From the NCBI GenBank assembly GCA_046331705.1, contig JAXLQJ010000024.1, positions 62,001 through 103,302 on the forward strand: a stretch of DNA of 41,302 nucleotides. The letters are read 5' to 3'. Made by a program: the position numbers and the translations under genes. This stretch comes from a bacterium. GTDB lineage: Bacteria; JADJOY01. Within the stretch, counting starts at the first letter, position 1. Each line of letters opens with the position of its first letter. Below the pieces are notes generated by a model. The model was not told the origin of the DNA and did no database searches. It was given only the letters and a program-made list of their open reading frames with translations. Below are positions 16,429-24,641 of this stretch, one piece after another.

Positions 16429-17706
16429 TCACTCGTAGGTCTTCGCGACCAGGCTCGCGGCGTTGGGGTTGCCGCCCACCACCGTCGTCCACGTCGCCAC
16501 CGCGCTGCCGCCGCCCGCAGCCACCGGCACGTGCGATCCCCACCAGCCGGCGCCGAGCGTGGTGCGCGCCCAATTCGCCGTGACCGTGCCCACGGACGCG
16601 CGCGCCTCGTTCATCGAGTTGTCCACCCAGCTCACCACGGCGAGCGAGCCGTCGCTCGCGTACGCGGCCGTGGGCCATTGCGCGTCGTCGGCAGCCGCCG
16701 ATAGCCGCGTCGTCGTGCCCCACTCGCCCCCTGCCGGGCGCGGACGGACGTAGACCGAGCCGTAGTTGCCGGCGTCGAGACTCTGCCATGCGGCGATCAC
16801 GTCGCCTGCGCCATCCATCGCGAGCGCCGGGTAGTAGACCGTCTGCGCCGGGGGCGACACCGTCACGGGCGCGTCCCAACCGCTGGTGGGCTTTCGCGAG
16901 GTCACCACCATCGCGTAGCCGTCGAGGTAGCCCACCGCCGCGTTGCCGGCGGCGTCGAGCGCGGGCTTGGGATTCCAGGTGGCGAGGCCGCTACCCGGCG
17001 ACACGATCTGGGGCGCTTCCCAGTCGCCGCCCGCGGGACGATAGGCGGTGCCGATGGCGCTCGGGTTCCCGCCGCCTCCTTGCTGCCACACCGCGAGCGT
17101 CGCGCCAGCGGCGTTGACGCTGAGATCCGGCAATCCAGCCCCCACACCGGATGCGGACAGCTGCACCGGTGTCGACCACGTCCCCGCCGGCGGAAGCGTG
17201 CTCGCCAGGATGCCGGCGGGCGCGGCCCAGATCAGGGTGGTGGTGCCGTCACCGGCGACGGCGATCTCGAGGTAGTAGACGGACGTGCCGAGGGCCACCT
17301 GTGTGGGCGCCGGGAAGGCACCTCCAGGCGAACGCACGGACGCCACGACGTACGCGGGCGTGAACTCCGTCGCGACCGTCGTCCAGGCCACCGCGGTGGT
17401 TTCGTCGTCGCCGATCGCGGCGGTCACGAACTGACCGAGCGCGCCGATGACCACCGGACGCGAGAGCGACCACGCTCCGCCCTTCACGCGCTCGGCGTAG
17501 CGAATGATGCCGATCGAGTCCCACGCCGCGAGCGTGTGTCCCGACGCATTCGTCGACACCACTGCGGGCTCGGGCGGCGAGGACACGGCGAACGTTCCTT
17601 CCAACGTCTTGAGCGCCGACCACATGCCGGGCACCGTCACGCACGCCGCCACACCGACGACCAGCAACACCCCCATCGCCTGGAAAACGATTCGTCCGCG
17701 TTTCAT
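16429..17706 (-). CDS. Secreted or lipoprotein with beta-propeller-like repeats
   Basis: Signal with VAAC; about 7 repeats of P-x-hydrophobic...G...AW...GGxWxxPxx(V/L)S; SD AAGGGGG upstream. Confidence 0.75.
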   Translation of the reverse strand: MKRGRIVFQAMGVLLVVGVAACVTVPGMWSALKTLEGTFAVSSPPEPAVVSTNASGHTLAAWDSIGIIRYAERVKGGAWSLSRPVVIGALGQFVTAAIGDDETTAVAWTTVATEFTPAYVVASVRSPGGAFPAPTQVALGTSVYYLEIAVAGDGTTTLIWAAPAGILASTLPPAGTWSTPVQLSASGVGAGLPDLSVNAAGATLAVWQQGGGGNPSAIGTAYRPAGGDWEAPQIVSPGSGLATWNPKPALDAAGNAAVGYLDGYAMVVTSRKPTSGWDAPVTVSPPAQTVYYPALAMDGAGDVIAAWQSLDAGNYGSVYVRPRPAGGEWGTTTRLSAAADDAQWPTAAYASDGSLAVVSWVDNSMNEARASVGTVTANWARTTLGAGWWGSHVPVAAGGGSAVATWTTVVGGNPNAASLVAKTYE

Positions 17707-17808
17707 CTCATCCCCCTTCGCACTGCCGCGTGGACGGATCGACCACGCGTGCCCCCGCTCGCGCTGACCGGCGTCGGGTGCGTGCGGCGCCCGATCCCAG
17801 GTTCAAAA

Positions 17809-17824
17809 TGCAAGGCGCGCGCCG
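17809..17824 (-). promoter_or_regulatory. Possible sigma-54 promoter
   Basis: Minus strand CGGCGCG-CGCC-TTGCA with exact spacing, about 100 bp upstream of ATG 17706. Confidence 0.35.
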
Positions 17825-18140
17825 CGAAACGGTCGGGCCGTGGGCCGTGCAGCGCTCGCGCTTCACGCGGGATCGCTCACGGAAACCAACGCGCGGCGTG
17901 CATCGAGACGCGTACCACGACGCCCTCGTCACGATGTGGTGCCCGCGAATGAGCGCCCCTGCGAAAGCGCCGCACGAATCGGTGTCTCACGTCCGTAGGA
18001 TGCGCCTGATCTTCAGCGCCGCTCGTCACGCGCGACGGCGAGCGCCACCGGGTGCGACCGTGACGGAGCGTCTACGCCGTGGAGGGACGACGGCGACTTC
18101 TCGCCAACGCGCGAAGGTCCTGGCGAGCGTCCGCGTGCGA

Positions 18141-18806
18141 TCAGACCAGCGCGAACGCGCGCACCGGAAACGTGCCGAAGCGCTTCACCTTGACCGGCAC
18201 GGCGAAGAAGCGCGCACCGCGCTCGGGCACGGCCGCGAGCCCGCACAGATGCTCGACGATGGGAATCGAGCGGCCGAGCAGCACCGAGTGCGCGGGGCGC
18301 TCGCCGGTGTCGGTGCCGTCGATGTTGTACGAGTCGATCCCCACCAAGGCCGCGCCCGCGTCCGCCAACCACTGGGCGGCAGCCGCGCTCAGGTGGGGGT
18401 GTCCCTCGAAGTACGCATCGGTGCGCCAGTGGCGATCCCACTCGGTCTGGATCAGGACCGCGGCGCCGCGCACCTCGCGCGCGTCGAGCGGCAGCCGTTC
18501 CACGACGCGGCCGGAATCGCGCGGCACGCGCACGACCAGGCACCGAAGGTTCGCCAGCGATTCGAGCGGCAGCTCGGCGAGGTCGGCGCCATCGGCGTAG
18601 CGGTGGAATGGGCTGTCGACGTAGGTGCCCGTGTTGGCGACCATGTCGATCCGTCCGATGTGGAACTCGGTGCCGGGCGCATAACGCTCGCGCGACGCCT
18701 CGCGGCTCAGGTAATCGCAGATGACCGGCGCTGGCAGACCTCTGTAGGTGACCAGGCCGTGCTCGACCGCATGGCTCACATCGACGAGCGACGCGCCTTG
18801 CGCCAT
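18141..18806 (-). CDS. Cyclase family protein (kynurenine formamidase-like fold)
   Basis: DVSH...TYRGLP, ANTGTYVDSPFH, LVGIDSYNID, RPAHSVLL...IVEHL, FPVRAFA; SD GAGGAGG before ATG 18806. Confidence 0.9.
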   Translation of the reverse strand: MAQGASLVDVSHAVEHGLVTYRGLPAPVICDYLSREASRERYAPGTEFHIGRIDMVANTGTYVDSPFHRYADGADLAELPLESLANLRCLVVRVPRDSGRVVERLPLDAREVRGAAVLIQTEWDRHWRTDAYFEGHPHLSAAAAQWLADAGAALVGIDSYNIDGTDTGERPAHSVLLGRSIPIVEHLCGLAAVPERGARFFAVPVKVKRFGTFPVRAFALV

Positions 18807-18963
18807 CGGACCCTCCTCGCGTGCGCGCGGCACGATCGTGGGAGAGTCCCTCGTATCACACCGTTCCGCGGGGAGCGACGCCTCGGAAGTGCCCCGGAAG
18901 CGCCGGAGGGCCGCCCGCCTGCCGGCGGCGGGCGGCTCCTCGCGCGTTCGCCGCTGCGTACGA

Positions 18964-19548
18964 TCAAGGTACCAAGCCGCCCGAGACCGTGATTCGCAGG
19001 AAGTCGGTGTTGATCTGCTTGGCGGTCAGCTCGTCGAGGATCTGCTGGTAACGCGTCTGCGTCATGACCGGCGAGCGGCTCAGGATGAAGAGCGTCCACT
19101 GGAGGCTGTCGGTGACCACCGCGTAGTCGTAGTCGGCGCCGAGAGCGACGATCCAGTACTCGCCCTCGAAGAGCCCGCCGAACACCGACGGGAAGCGCAC
19201 CGCGAGCTTGGCGTTGGTGGCGGTGTCGACCACGCGCGCGATGCCCTCGATGGTCTGCTCGGTGCGCGCGGGGGTGTTCTCGATGCCGCGGTTGAGCACG
19301 TCCACCTGGCCGTCGGCGCGCGCCGTGTAGGTGGCGGACACGTCCACGAGATTGTTGTTGAAGCCGGCGGCGTTGCTGGCGATCTCGTACCAGACCCCGG
19401 TGTAGCGACCGAGATCGACGAAGGGCACGGTCTCGGGGACCGGGCCGCGGGCACAGCCCACGCCGCCGCCCAGGACGAGCACGGCGACGAGACCGCGGAA
19501 GGCGAGGGAAAGGCGGGAACGAGCGCGTTCGGCGAGTGGCGAGGGCAT
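18964..19548 (-). CDS. blc: Bacterial lipocalin (Blc-like lipoprotein)
   Basis: Lipobox GVGC; VDLGRYTGVWYEIA (GxW motif); YWIVALGADYDYAVV; LFILSR. Confidence 0.9.
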   Translation of the reverse strand: MPSPLAERARSRLSLAFRGLVAVLVLGGGVGCARGPVPETVPFVDLGRYTGVWYEIASNAAGFNNNLVDVSATYTARADGQVDVLNRGIENTPARTEQTIEGIARVVDTATNAKLAVRFPSVFGGLFEGEYWIVALGADYDYAVVTDSLQWTLFILSRSPVMTQTRYQQILDELTAKQINTDFLRITVSGGLVP

Positions 19549-19750
19549 GGCGGGCTCCGTGGGCAGCGGGACGAGAAGGTTCGGCGGCGCGCGGACCCTC
19601 CGCGCGGCCGGTGCACCGTCCAACCTGCCTGTCTGTTCATGTTTTGTCAAGATTTTGCATCGATCCTGTTTTGATCGTGGCCGAGGTGGCGAGTGCGCGC
19701 CGGCTCGGGGATTGGGGGGGCCCGCGAAAGTCGCGCCCGTCGCGGGGTCG

Positions 19751-19765
19751 GGGCACGACGCTTGC
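19751..19765 (+). promoter_or_regulatory. Putative sigma-54 promoter, with an IHF-like site at 19645-19657
   Basis: GGGCACG-ACGC-TTGC is one mismatch from TGGCACG-N4-TTGC. TGTCAAGATTTTG is one mismatch from WATCAAN4TTR and sits in an AT-rich patch about 95 bp upstream. Confidence 0.5.
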
Positions 19766-19831
19766 GGTGGTTTTGCTCGGGTTTCGTGCCGCCGCGGCGA
19801 GTCGCCGCCGGCTCGCCGTGGGGTCGCTCCG

Positions 19832-21544
19832 ATGTCCGCGCTCCCCCGTGCTCTGGCGCATGCTCGGCTGGCGAGGCCGGCGTGGCTCCACGTGCCCCGC
19901 GGCCCGTGGCCGCCCGGCTGGCTTCGTCGTCTTGCGCACGCCCGGTGGCCACGGCTCGTGCTCGCAGCCGGTGCGGGGCTCGTCGTGCTCGCGCTGGCGT
20001 GCGTGTGCACCGCGCTGGTGGCGCGAAACAGGATCCTCGAGACGCGGCTCGTGCCCCGCATCGGGCCGCTCCTCGGCGGCACGTTCACCGTCGAGTCGGC
20101 GCGACTCGCGCTCCATCCGCCGGTGGTGACCGCGACCGGCATCCGCCTCGTGATCCCGCAGATCCGCGGCACGATCACGGCCCGCACCCTGCGAATCGCG
20201 CCGCTCGCGGGCGATGTCTCCCTCGGCGGACTCGTGGTGCAGCGCGACGAGCCGACCGAGAAGCTGCCGATCCTGACCGTCGACCAGATCACCGCTCACG
20301 CCGACCGGCGCCAGCTGCGGACGGCGCCGTTCGTCGTCGATGACGTGCGCATCGATCAGCCCACGCTGCGCTTGCGCTTCGTCGGCACCAACCAGACCAA
20401 CCTCCAGGCGCTCTTCGCCACATCGGCGCGCGCGGCGCCTCCACCCGCGCGGCTACCTGCGACGAGCGTCCTGGCACCCGACACCGCGAGCGGCGCGAAG
20501 CGCGCCACGGTCTTCGAGCTGCCGCCGCCGCTCTTCCTGCTGCGAAGCGGCCAGATCCGCGGCGGCACGATCGTCTACGACGACCCGCTCTCCGACGCCG
20601 TCCGGCCGGTGCACCTCGAGCTGCGCGGCCTCGACGCCGACGTCCACGATTTCCAGGTGCGCGGGGCACCGCTCGCTGGCGCGCTCGCCGACCTGCGTCT
20701 CGACGCCCGCGTCGATCAGCTCGTCGCTCCGGCGCGCATCCACGCGCGGGCGTGGATCGAGCCGTGGCGAGAGCGGCCCACGCTCACGCTGCTGGCGGCG
20801 ATCACCGGCTTCGACGTGCGCACCATCCAGCCGTACGTCCCGAGCGCCGGCCGCATGGCGCTGGGCGGCAACTGGCTGCACGCGGCTCTCGAGATACGCG
20901 CCCGTGCCGCCCGGATCCAGCAAGGCGCCGTGAAGGTGACGGTGGCCGAAAGCGGCGACGAGCTGGTTGCGTTGCTCAGCGGTGACCTCTTCCATCCCAC
21001 CATCGACAAGAACAGCGCGCTGGTGTCGGCGTTCCGCCTCCCCCTCGGTCAATTCCTGCGTTTCGGCGACGTGAGTGTCAGTGTCGCCGCCGAGCTGGCG
21101 CTCGCTGGCCTCGACAGCGTGCTCCGGATCGGTCAGGACACCGGCGACTCGGGTGCCGCTCCCGCCAGCCGAGCGCCGGCGAGCGCCCCGCAGCCGCGGA
21201 ACACCGGCGACGAGGACTTCCTCGCGCAGGTCATGCGCGGCATGAGCGCGTTCGGGTCCGGCGTGGCCAACACCGCCAAGGGAATCTTCCAGCGCGGGCA
21301 GAGCGGTTACGAAAGCGCCACGGCTCCCGCCCGGCCGATGGAGGACATCCTCGCCGAGTTCGAGCCGCGCCATCGACAGCTGACGCGCGCGTTCCTGAGC
21401 GAGCGCATCCACGTCGCCCGCCGCGTCGACCCGAGCCGCATCGCGGCTCTGGAAGCCGAGCTCGCCGCGATTCCGCCGGGTGCGCGACCTGCGAGCGTGA
21501 CCACCCGCGGCGCCGAGCTGGGCACGGGCAAGCTCGCCCAGTGA
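19832..21544 (+). CDS. DUF748/AsmA-like membrane-anchored beta-rich protein
   Basis: N-terminal TM anchor; VDDVRIDQPTLRL...TNL; IRGGTIVYDD; ITGFDVRTIQPY pattern typical of DUF748/AsmA. Start chosen at ATG 19832. Confidence 0.65.
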   Translation: MSALPRALAHARLARPAWLHVPRGPWPPGWLRRLAHARWPRLVLAAGAGLVVLALACVCTALVARNRILETRLVPRIGPLLGGTFTVESARLALHPPVVTATGIRLVIPQIRGTITARTLRIAPLAGDVSLGGLVVQRDEPTEKLPILTVDQITAHADRRQLRTAPFVVDDVRIDQPTLRLRFVGTNQTNLQALFATSARAAPPPARLPATSVLAPDTASGAKRATVFELPPPLFLLRSGQIRGGTIVYDDPLSDAVRPVHLELRGLDADVHDFQVRGAPLAGALADLRLDARVDQLVAPARIHARAWIEPWRERPTLTLLAAITGFDVRTIQPYVPSAGRMALGGNWLHAALEIRARAARIQQGAVKVTVAESGDELVALLSGDLFHPTIDKNSALVSAFRLPLGQFLRFGDVSVSVAAELALAGLDSVLRIGQDTGDSGAAPASRAPASAPQPRNTGDEDFLAQVMRGMSAFGSGVANTAKGIFQRGQSGYESATAPARPMEDILAEFEPRHRQLTRAFLSERIHVARRVDPSRIAALEAELAAIPPGARPASVTTRGAELGTGKLAQ

Positions 21545-21732
21545 GCGAAGCCGGCGACCCCGCGATCACGACTGGGATGGGGGCGATCCTCTCGCGAGCG
21601 AGCGGCCCGCGGCGACGGAGAAGGGGCCGTGGGCCTCGTGCCTTCCATGCGAGGTGCGGGCGGGGTCACCCCCGCCCGCAGTCACCGCGCATCCGCTCGC
21701 GATCGATCCGCTGAGTCACACCGCGAATGGAT

Positions 21733-22593
21733 TCACATGTCCTTCGCGCAGCGGAATCCCAGCTCGACCGCCTGCGCCCCCTGCAGCTTGGGGTCGCGCG
21801 CTTCGCGGCTCGCCGAGCGCAGATGGTCCGCGCCGTCCTTGAACGATCCACCGCGGATCACCTTCTCGGTGCCGGCGCGCGGTCCTTTGTGGGTGTATTC
21901 ACTCGCTTTGTACTGGTCGGCGTTGTACCAATCGTCGACCCATTCCGAGACGTTGCCGGCCATGTCGAGGGCGCCGAAGGCGCTCGTGCCTGCCGCCTTG
22001 CTGCCGACGGCCCAGGTGCCGCCCTTTCCGCAGCCCACGCCGCTCTCGTCGGACATCACGGCCTGGGTGCAGCTCGGCTCGGGCTGGTCACCCCACGGGT
22101 AGACGCGGCCGTCGTTTCCACGCGCCGCCTTCTCCCACTCCGCCTCGGTGGGCAGACGCTTGCCGGCCCATCCGCAATACGCCGCCGCATCGCCCCAGCT
22201 CACGCAGTTGATCGGGAAGTTGTCGTGCTTCGCCAGGTTCCAGGTGCAGCCTTCGCCCTGAAGCGGCGTCTTGCATTTCCCCGATTCCACGCAACGCGCG
22301 TAGTCCTGGCGCGTCACTTCCTTCTTGTCGATGTAGAAGGCCGGCACCTTCACCGGGTGCGGCGGTTGCTCGTCACCCTCGGTGCGGTCGTATACCCACA
22401 AGAGCTTGTTGGGCTGCGAGCCCATCAGGAATTCCCCCGCGGGGACCGGCACCATGTCGGGCGGCGTCAGATCCACCGGTGCGGCTGGAGCCACCGGCAG
22501 GGGCGCGGGTTCGGGCGCCTTCTTGGCACAGCTCGAGAGCGCGATCATCGCGATCGCGGCGAAGCCGAGACACCAACCGATTCGTTTCCGCAT
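21733..22593 (-). CDS. FGE-sulfatase (SUMF1/EgtB/PvdO-fold) domain lipoprotein
   Basis: Lipobox LSSC; MVPVPAGEFLMGS, KRLPTEAEWEKAARG, DMAGNVSEW, RGGSF, GFRCA. Confidence 0.92.
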   Translation of the reverse strand: MRKRIGWCLGFAAIAMIALSSCAKKAPEPAPLPVAPAAPVDLTPPDMVPVPAGEFLMGSQPNKLLWVYDRTEGDEQPPHPVKVPAFYIDKKEVTRQDYARCVESGKCKTPLQGEGCTWNLAKHDNFPINCVSWGDAAAYCGWAGKRLPTEAEWEKAARGNDGRVYPWGDQPEPSCTQAVMSDESGVGCGKGGTWAVGSKAAGTSAFGALDMAGNVSEWVDDWYNADQYKASEYTHKGPRAGTEKVIRGGSFKDGADHLRSASREARDPKLQGAQAVELGFRCAKDM

Positions 22594-22836
22594 GGCGTGC
22601 CTCCGATGGTTGCGAACGACGGCCTCGCTCGCGTCCGGAGGTTCGGCGCGAGGCCATCGACCGAGGTAGATCAGGGCCTGCCCGAAATGCCATCAAGATC
22701 CGTGCCTCTCGCCTCCGCTGGAGCGGCACGGTGCCCGCCAAGGCTCGGGTCGCTTCTTGCAGCTCGTTTGGGTCGGAGTGGTGGCCGTTCAGCTCGCGCT
22801 CGAGGCGTCGCGATCGGGCGCGCACGAGGAGCGCAC

Positions 22837-23292
22837 ATGAAGACACCGCGGTGGTGGATCGTGGCCGGGATCCTGGCGCTGGCGTTCGCGGGCGCGTGCG
22901 GCGGAGGCGGCGGAGACGATGGTGGGCCTGGGCCCACGCCGACCACCGGCGCCGTCACCGGCACGGCATCGCTCGAGATCGGCATGTCGGGCGATCTCGG
23001 TAACGCACGGGTCGCGCTCTACGCCGACATCGCCGATTGGGAGGCGGACCGGCCGTTCGTGTTCGTCGCTGCGACCGGCACGGGACCCGAAGCGGCGTTC
23101 ACCCTCACCAACCTGCCACCGGGCACGTACTACCTCGACGTGTGGAAGGACAACGACAACAGCGGCGCGATCGACGACTTCGATTTCTTCGGCGCGTACG
23201 GGAACGGTACCTATCCGAGCTACGACCTGACGCCGGTGATCGTGAACGCGGGCCAGAGCACCGAGGTCCACGTGGACGTGGAAGTCATCTGA
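22837..23292 (+). CDS. Small lipoprotein, DUF2141/prealbumin-like fold with DxDxSG loop
   Basis: SD GAGGAG, ATG 22837; lipobox AGAC followed by a Gly linker; FTLTNLPPGTYYLDVWKDNDNSGAID. Confidence 0.75.
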   Translation: MKTPRWWIVAGILALAFAGACGGGGGDDGGPGPTPTTGAVTGTASLEIGMSGDLGNARVALYADIADWEADRPFVFVAATGTGPEAAFTLTNLPPGTYYLDVWKDNDNSGAIDDFDFFGAYGNGTYPSYDLTPVIVNAGQSTEVHVDVEVI

Positions 23293-23401
23293 CGGCCGAA
23301 ACGCTCCGCGCGAAACCGGAGCGGGTATTCTGGATCGGCGTGCGCGCCGCGGATCCGAGCGAGCTTCGTCACCCCGTCCGTCGCGCGCGAGGAGTGAGAC
23401 G

Positions 23402-24235
23402 ATGCGACCCCGGCGCTGGATCCTCGGTGTGCTGGTGCTGCTCGCCGGCGGGATGCGATCCCCGAGCCGCGCGGCGGATGCCACGCCGCCGCCCGTGAGA
23501 TCCGACGTCGGTCGCGGCGCCGCCGGCACGTGGGACGCACGCCAGAATTTCCTCGCGTGCGTGAACGGCGAGGCGGGTCGATGCGACGCCGCGCGGCTCA
23601 CTCCCGCGGAGCGCACGCTGGTCGAGAACGCCGCGTCGCAACGCAATTACGTCGCCTGTGCGAACGGCTGGGCCAGCGGCTGCGATCCGCTCCGGCTCAC
23701 GCCGGAGCAGAAACGCATCGTGGATGCTGCCGTGGCCCAGCAGGCCGCGGCACCGTGCGGCAGCAAGTGGGCGCTGGGTTGTGGCTCGACGAGCGCGAGC
23801 CCGACGGGCGAAGCACCCGAGCGCCGCACGTCCGTGGAAACCGGCGCACCGCGCTCGAGCCTCGGCACTCAGCGCTCCTACGCCGAGGGCTATCCGGCGT
23901 ACGCGTGGGACGAGCGGCGCTACGCGTGGTCGGCGGCGTCGTGGCTCGTGCCCACGGCCATCGTCGCCGCCGCCACGTGGCCGCTCTGGACGCAGAGCTA
24001 CCACTACGACTGGCCTTCGAGCTGGTACTACTACCCCGCGTGGTGGGGCGGGTACGGGTACGGCGGCTGGAACCACCACGGCCACCACGGTGGCTTCGAA
24101 GACCATCACTGGGACGACGGCGACTCCGGACATCATCACGGGGATCACCCGGGCTACCGGCCGCCGCCGGCGACCAAGCATCCGCCCAAGGCTCCGCCGT
24201 CACGGGCACAACCCATCAAGCGGGATTGGCGCTGA
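23402..24235 (+). CDS. Hypothetical secreted protein with Cys repeats and W/Y-His-Pro tail
   Basis: SD GAGGAG; signal peptide; two repeats N(F/Y)xACxNGxxxxCDxxRLTPxx; His-rich C-terminus. Confidence 0.7.
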   Translation: MRPRRWILGVLVLLAGGMRSPSRAADATPPPVRSDVGRGAAGTWDARQNFLACVNGEAGRCDAARLTPAERTLVENAASQRNYVACANGWASGCDPLRLTPEQKRIVDAAVAQQAAAPCGSKWALGCGSTSASPTGEAPERRTSVETGAPRSSLGTQRSYAEGYPAYAWDERRYAWSAASWLVPTAIVAAATWPLWTQSYHYDWPSSWYYYPAWWGGYGYGGWNHHGHHGGFEDHHWDDGDSGHHHGDHPGYRPPPATKHPPKAPPSRAQPIKRDWR

Positions 24236-24291
24236 GCGCCCCTTCCCGTCGTGCTGCGCCACCGGCTCGACGTCGATACCCTCGCGCATGC

Positions 24292-24323
24292 AAACGAAAA
24301 CGGCCGCCCGGGTGGGCGGCCGT
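24292..24323 (-). terminator. Intrinsic terminator oriented for the minus strand
   Basis: Perfect 10-bp stem ACGGCCGCCC/GGGCGGCCGT (24300-24323) with a 4-nt loop, followed on the minus strand by TTTCGTTT. Confidence 0.75.
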
Positions 24324-24513
24324 GACTGCATTGGGCGCATGGCGCCGACTACCGATGGGAATCCCTCATGTGTGTGCCCTCCTTTTCTCTCGTGGCCGGG
24401 TCGACCGCGCGCCGGAGTGGGCCCCACGCGAAAGCAGCGTCACGTGTACCCCGACTCGCGATCCTCCCTCGACCGTTGCTTGCACGACGACCCTCGCGGG
24501 TCGTGTGAGTTCC
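24292..24513 (-). ncRNA. Candidate ~220-nt small RNA containing micro-ORF MRDSHR (24349-24369)
   Basis: Upstream TGGTATTCT extended -10; 5' hairpin ACGACCC-GCGA-GGGTCGT; AAGGAGG SD 8 nt before ATG; terminator at the 3' end. No family recognised. Confidence 0.45.
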
Positions 24514-24519
24514 GAACCG

Positions 24520-24528
24520 AGAATACCA
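24520..24528 (-). promoter_or_regulatory. Extended -10 promoter (TGGTATTCT)
   Basis: TGn-TATTCT, with TTGCTC 15 nt further upstream (short spacer). Confidence 0.5.
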
Positions 24529-24641
24529 CGGCGCGCAGGCGAGCAACGCCCTCGACACACGGCATGGCGGTCGATGCGCGGCACGTGTGCTAGCCCGAGC
24601 CGAACCCTCCGAACACCGCATTCGCTTCCCGGGAGATGCCC

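Noticed and set aside
24421-24450. GCGAAAGCAGC resembling SRP RNA or a c-di-GMP riboswitch on the plus strand
   Set aside because: Lacks the rest of the SRP domain IV and riboswitch consensus; promoter and terminator point to the minus strand.
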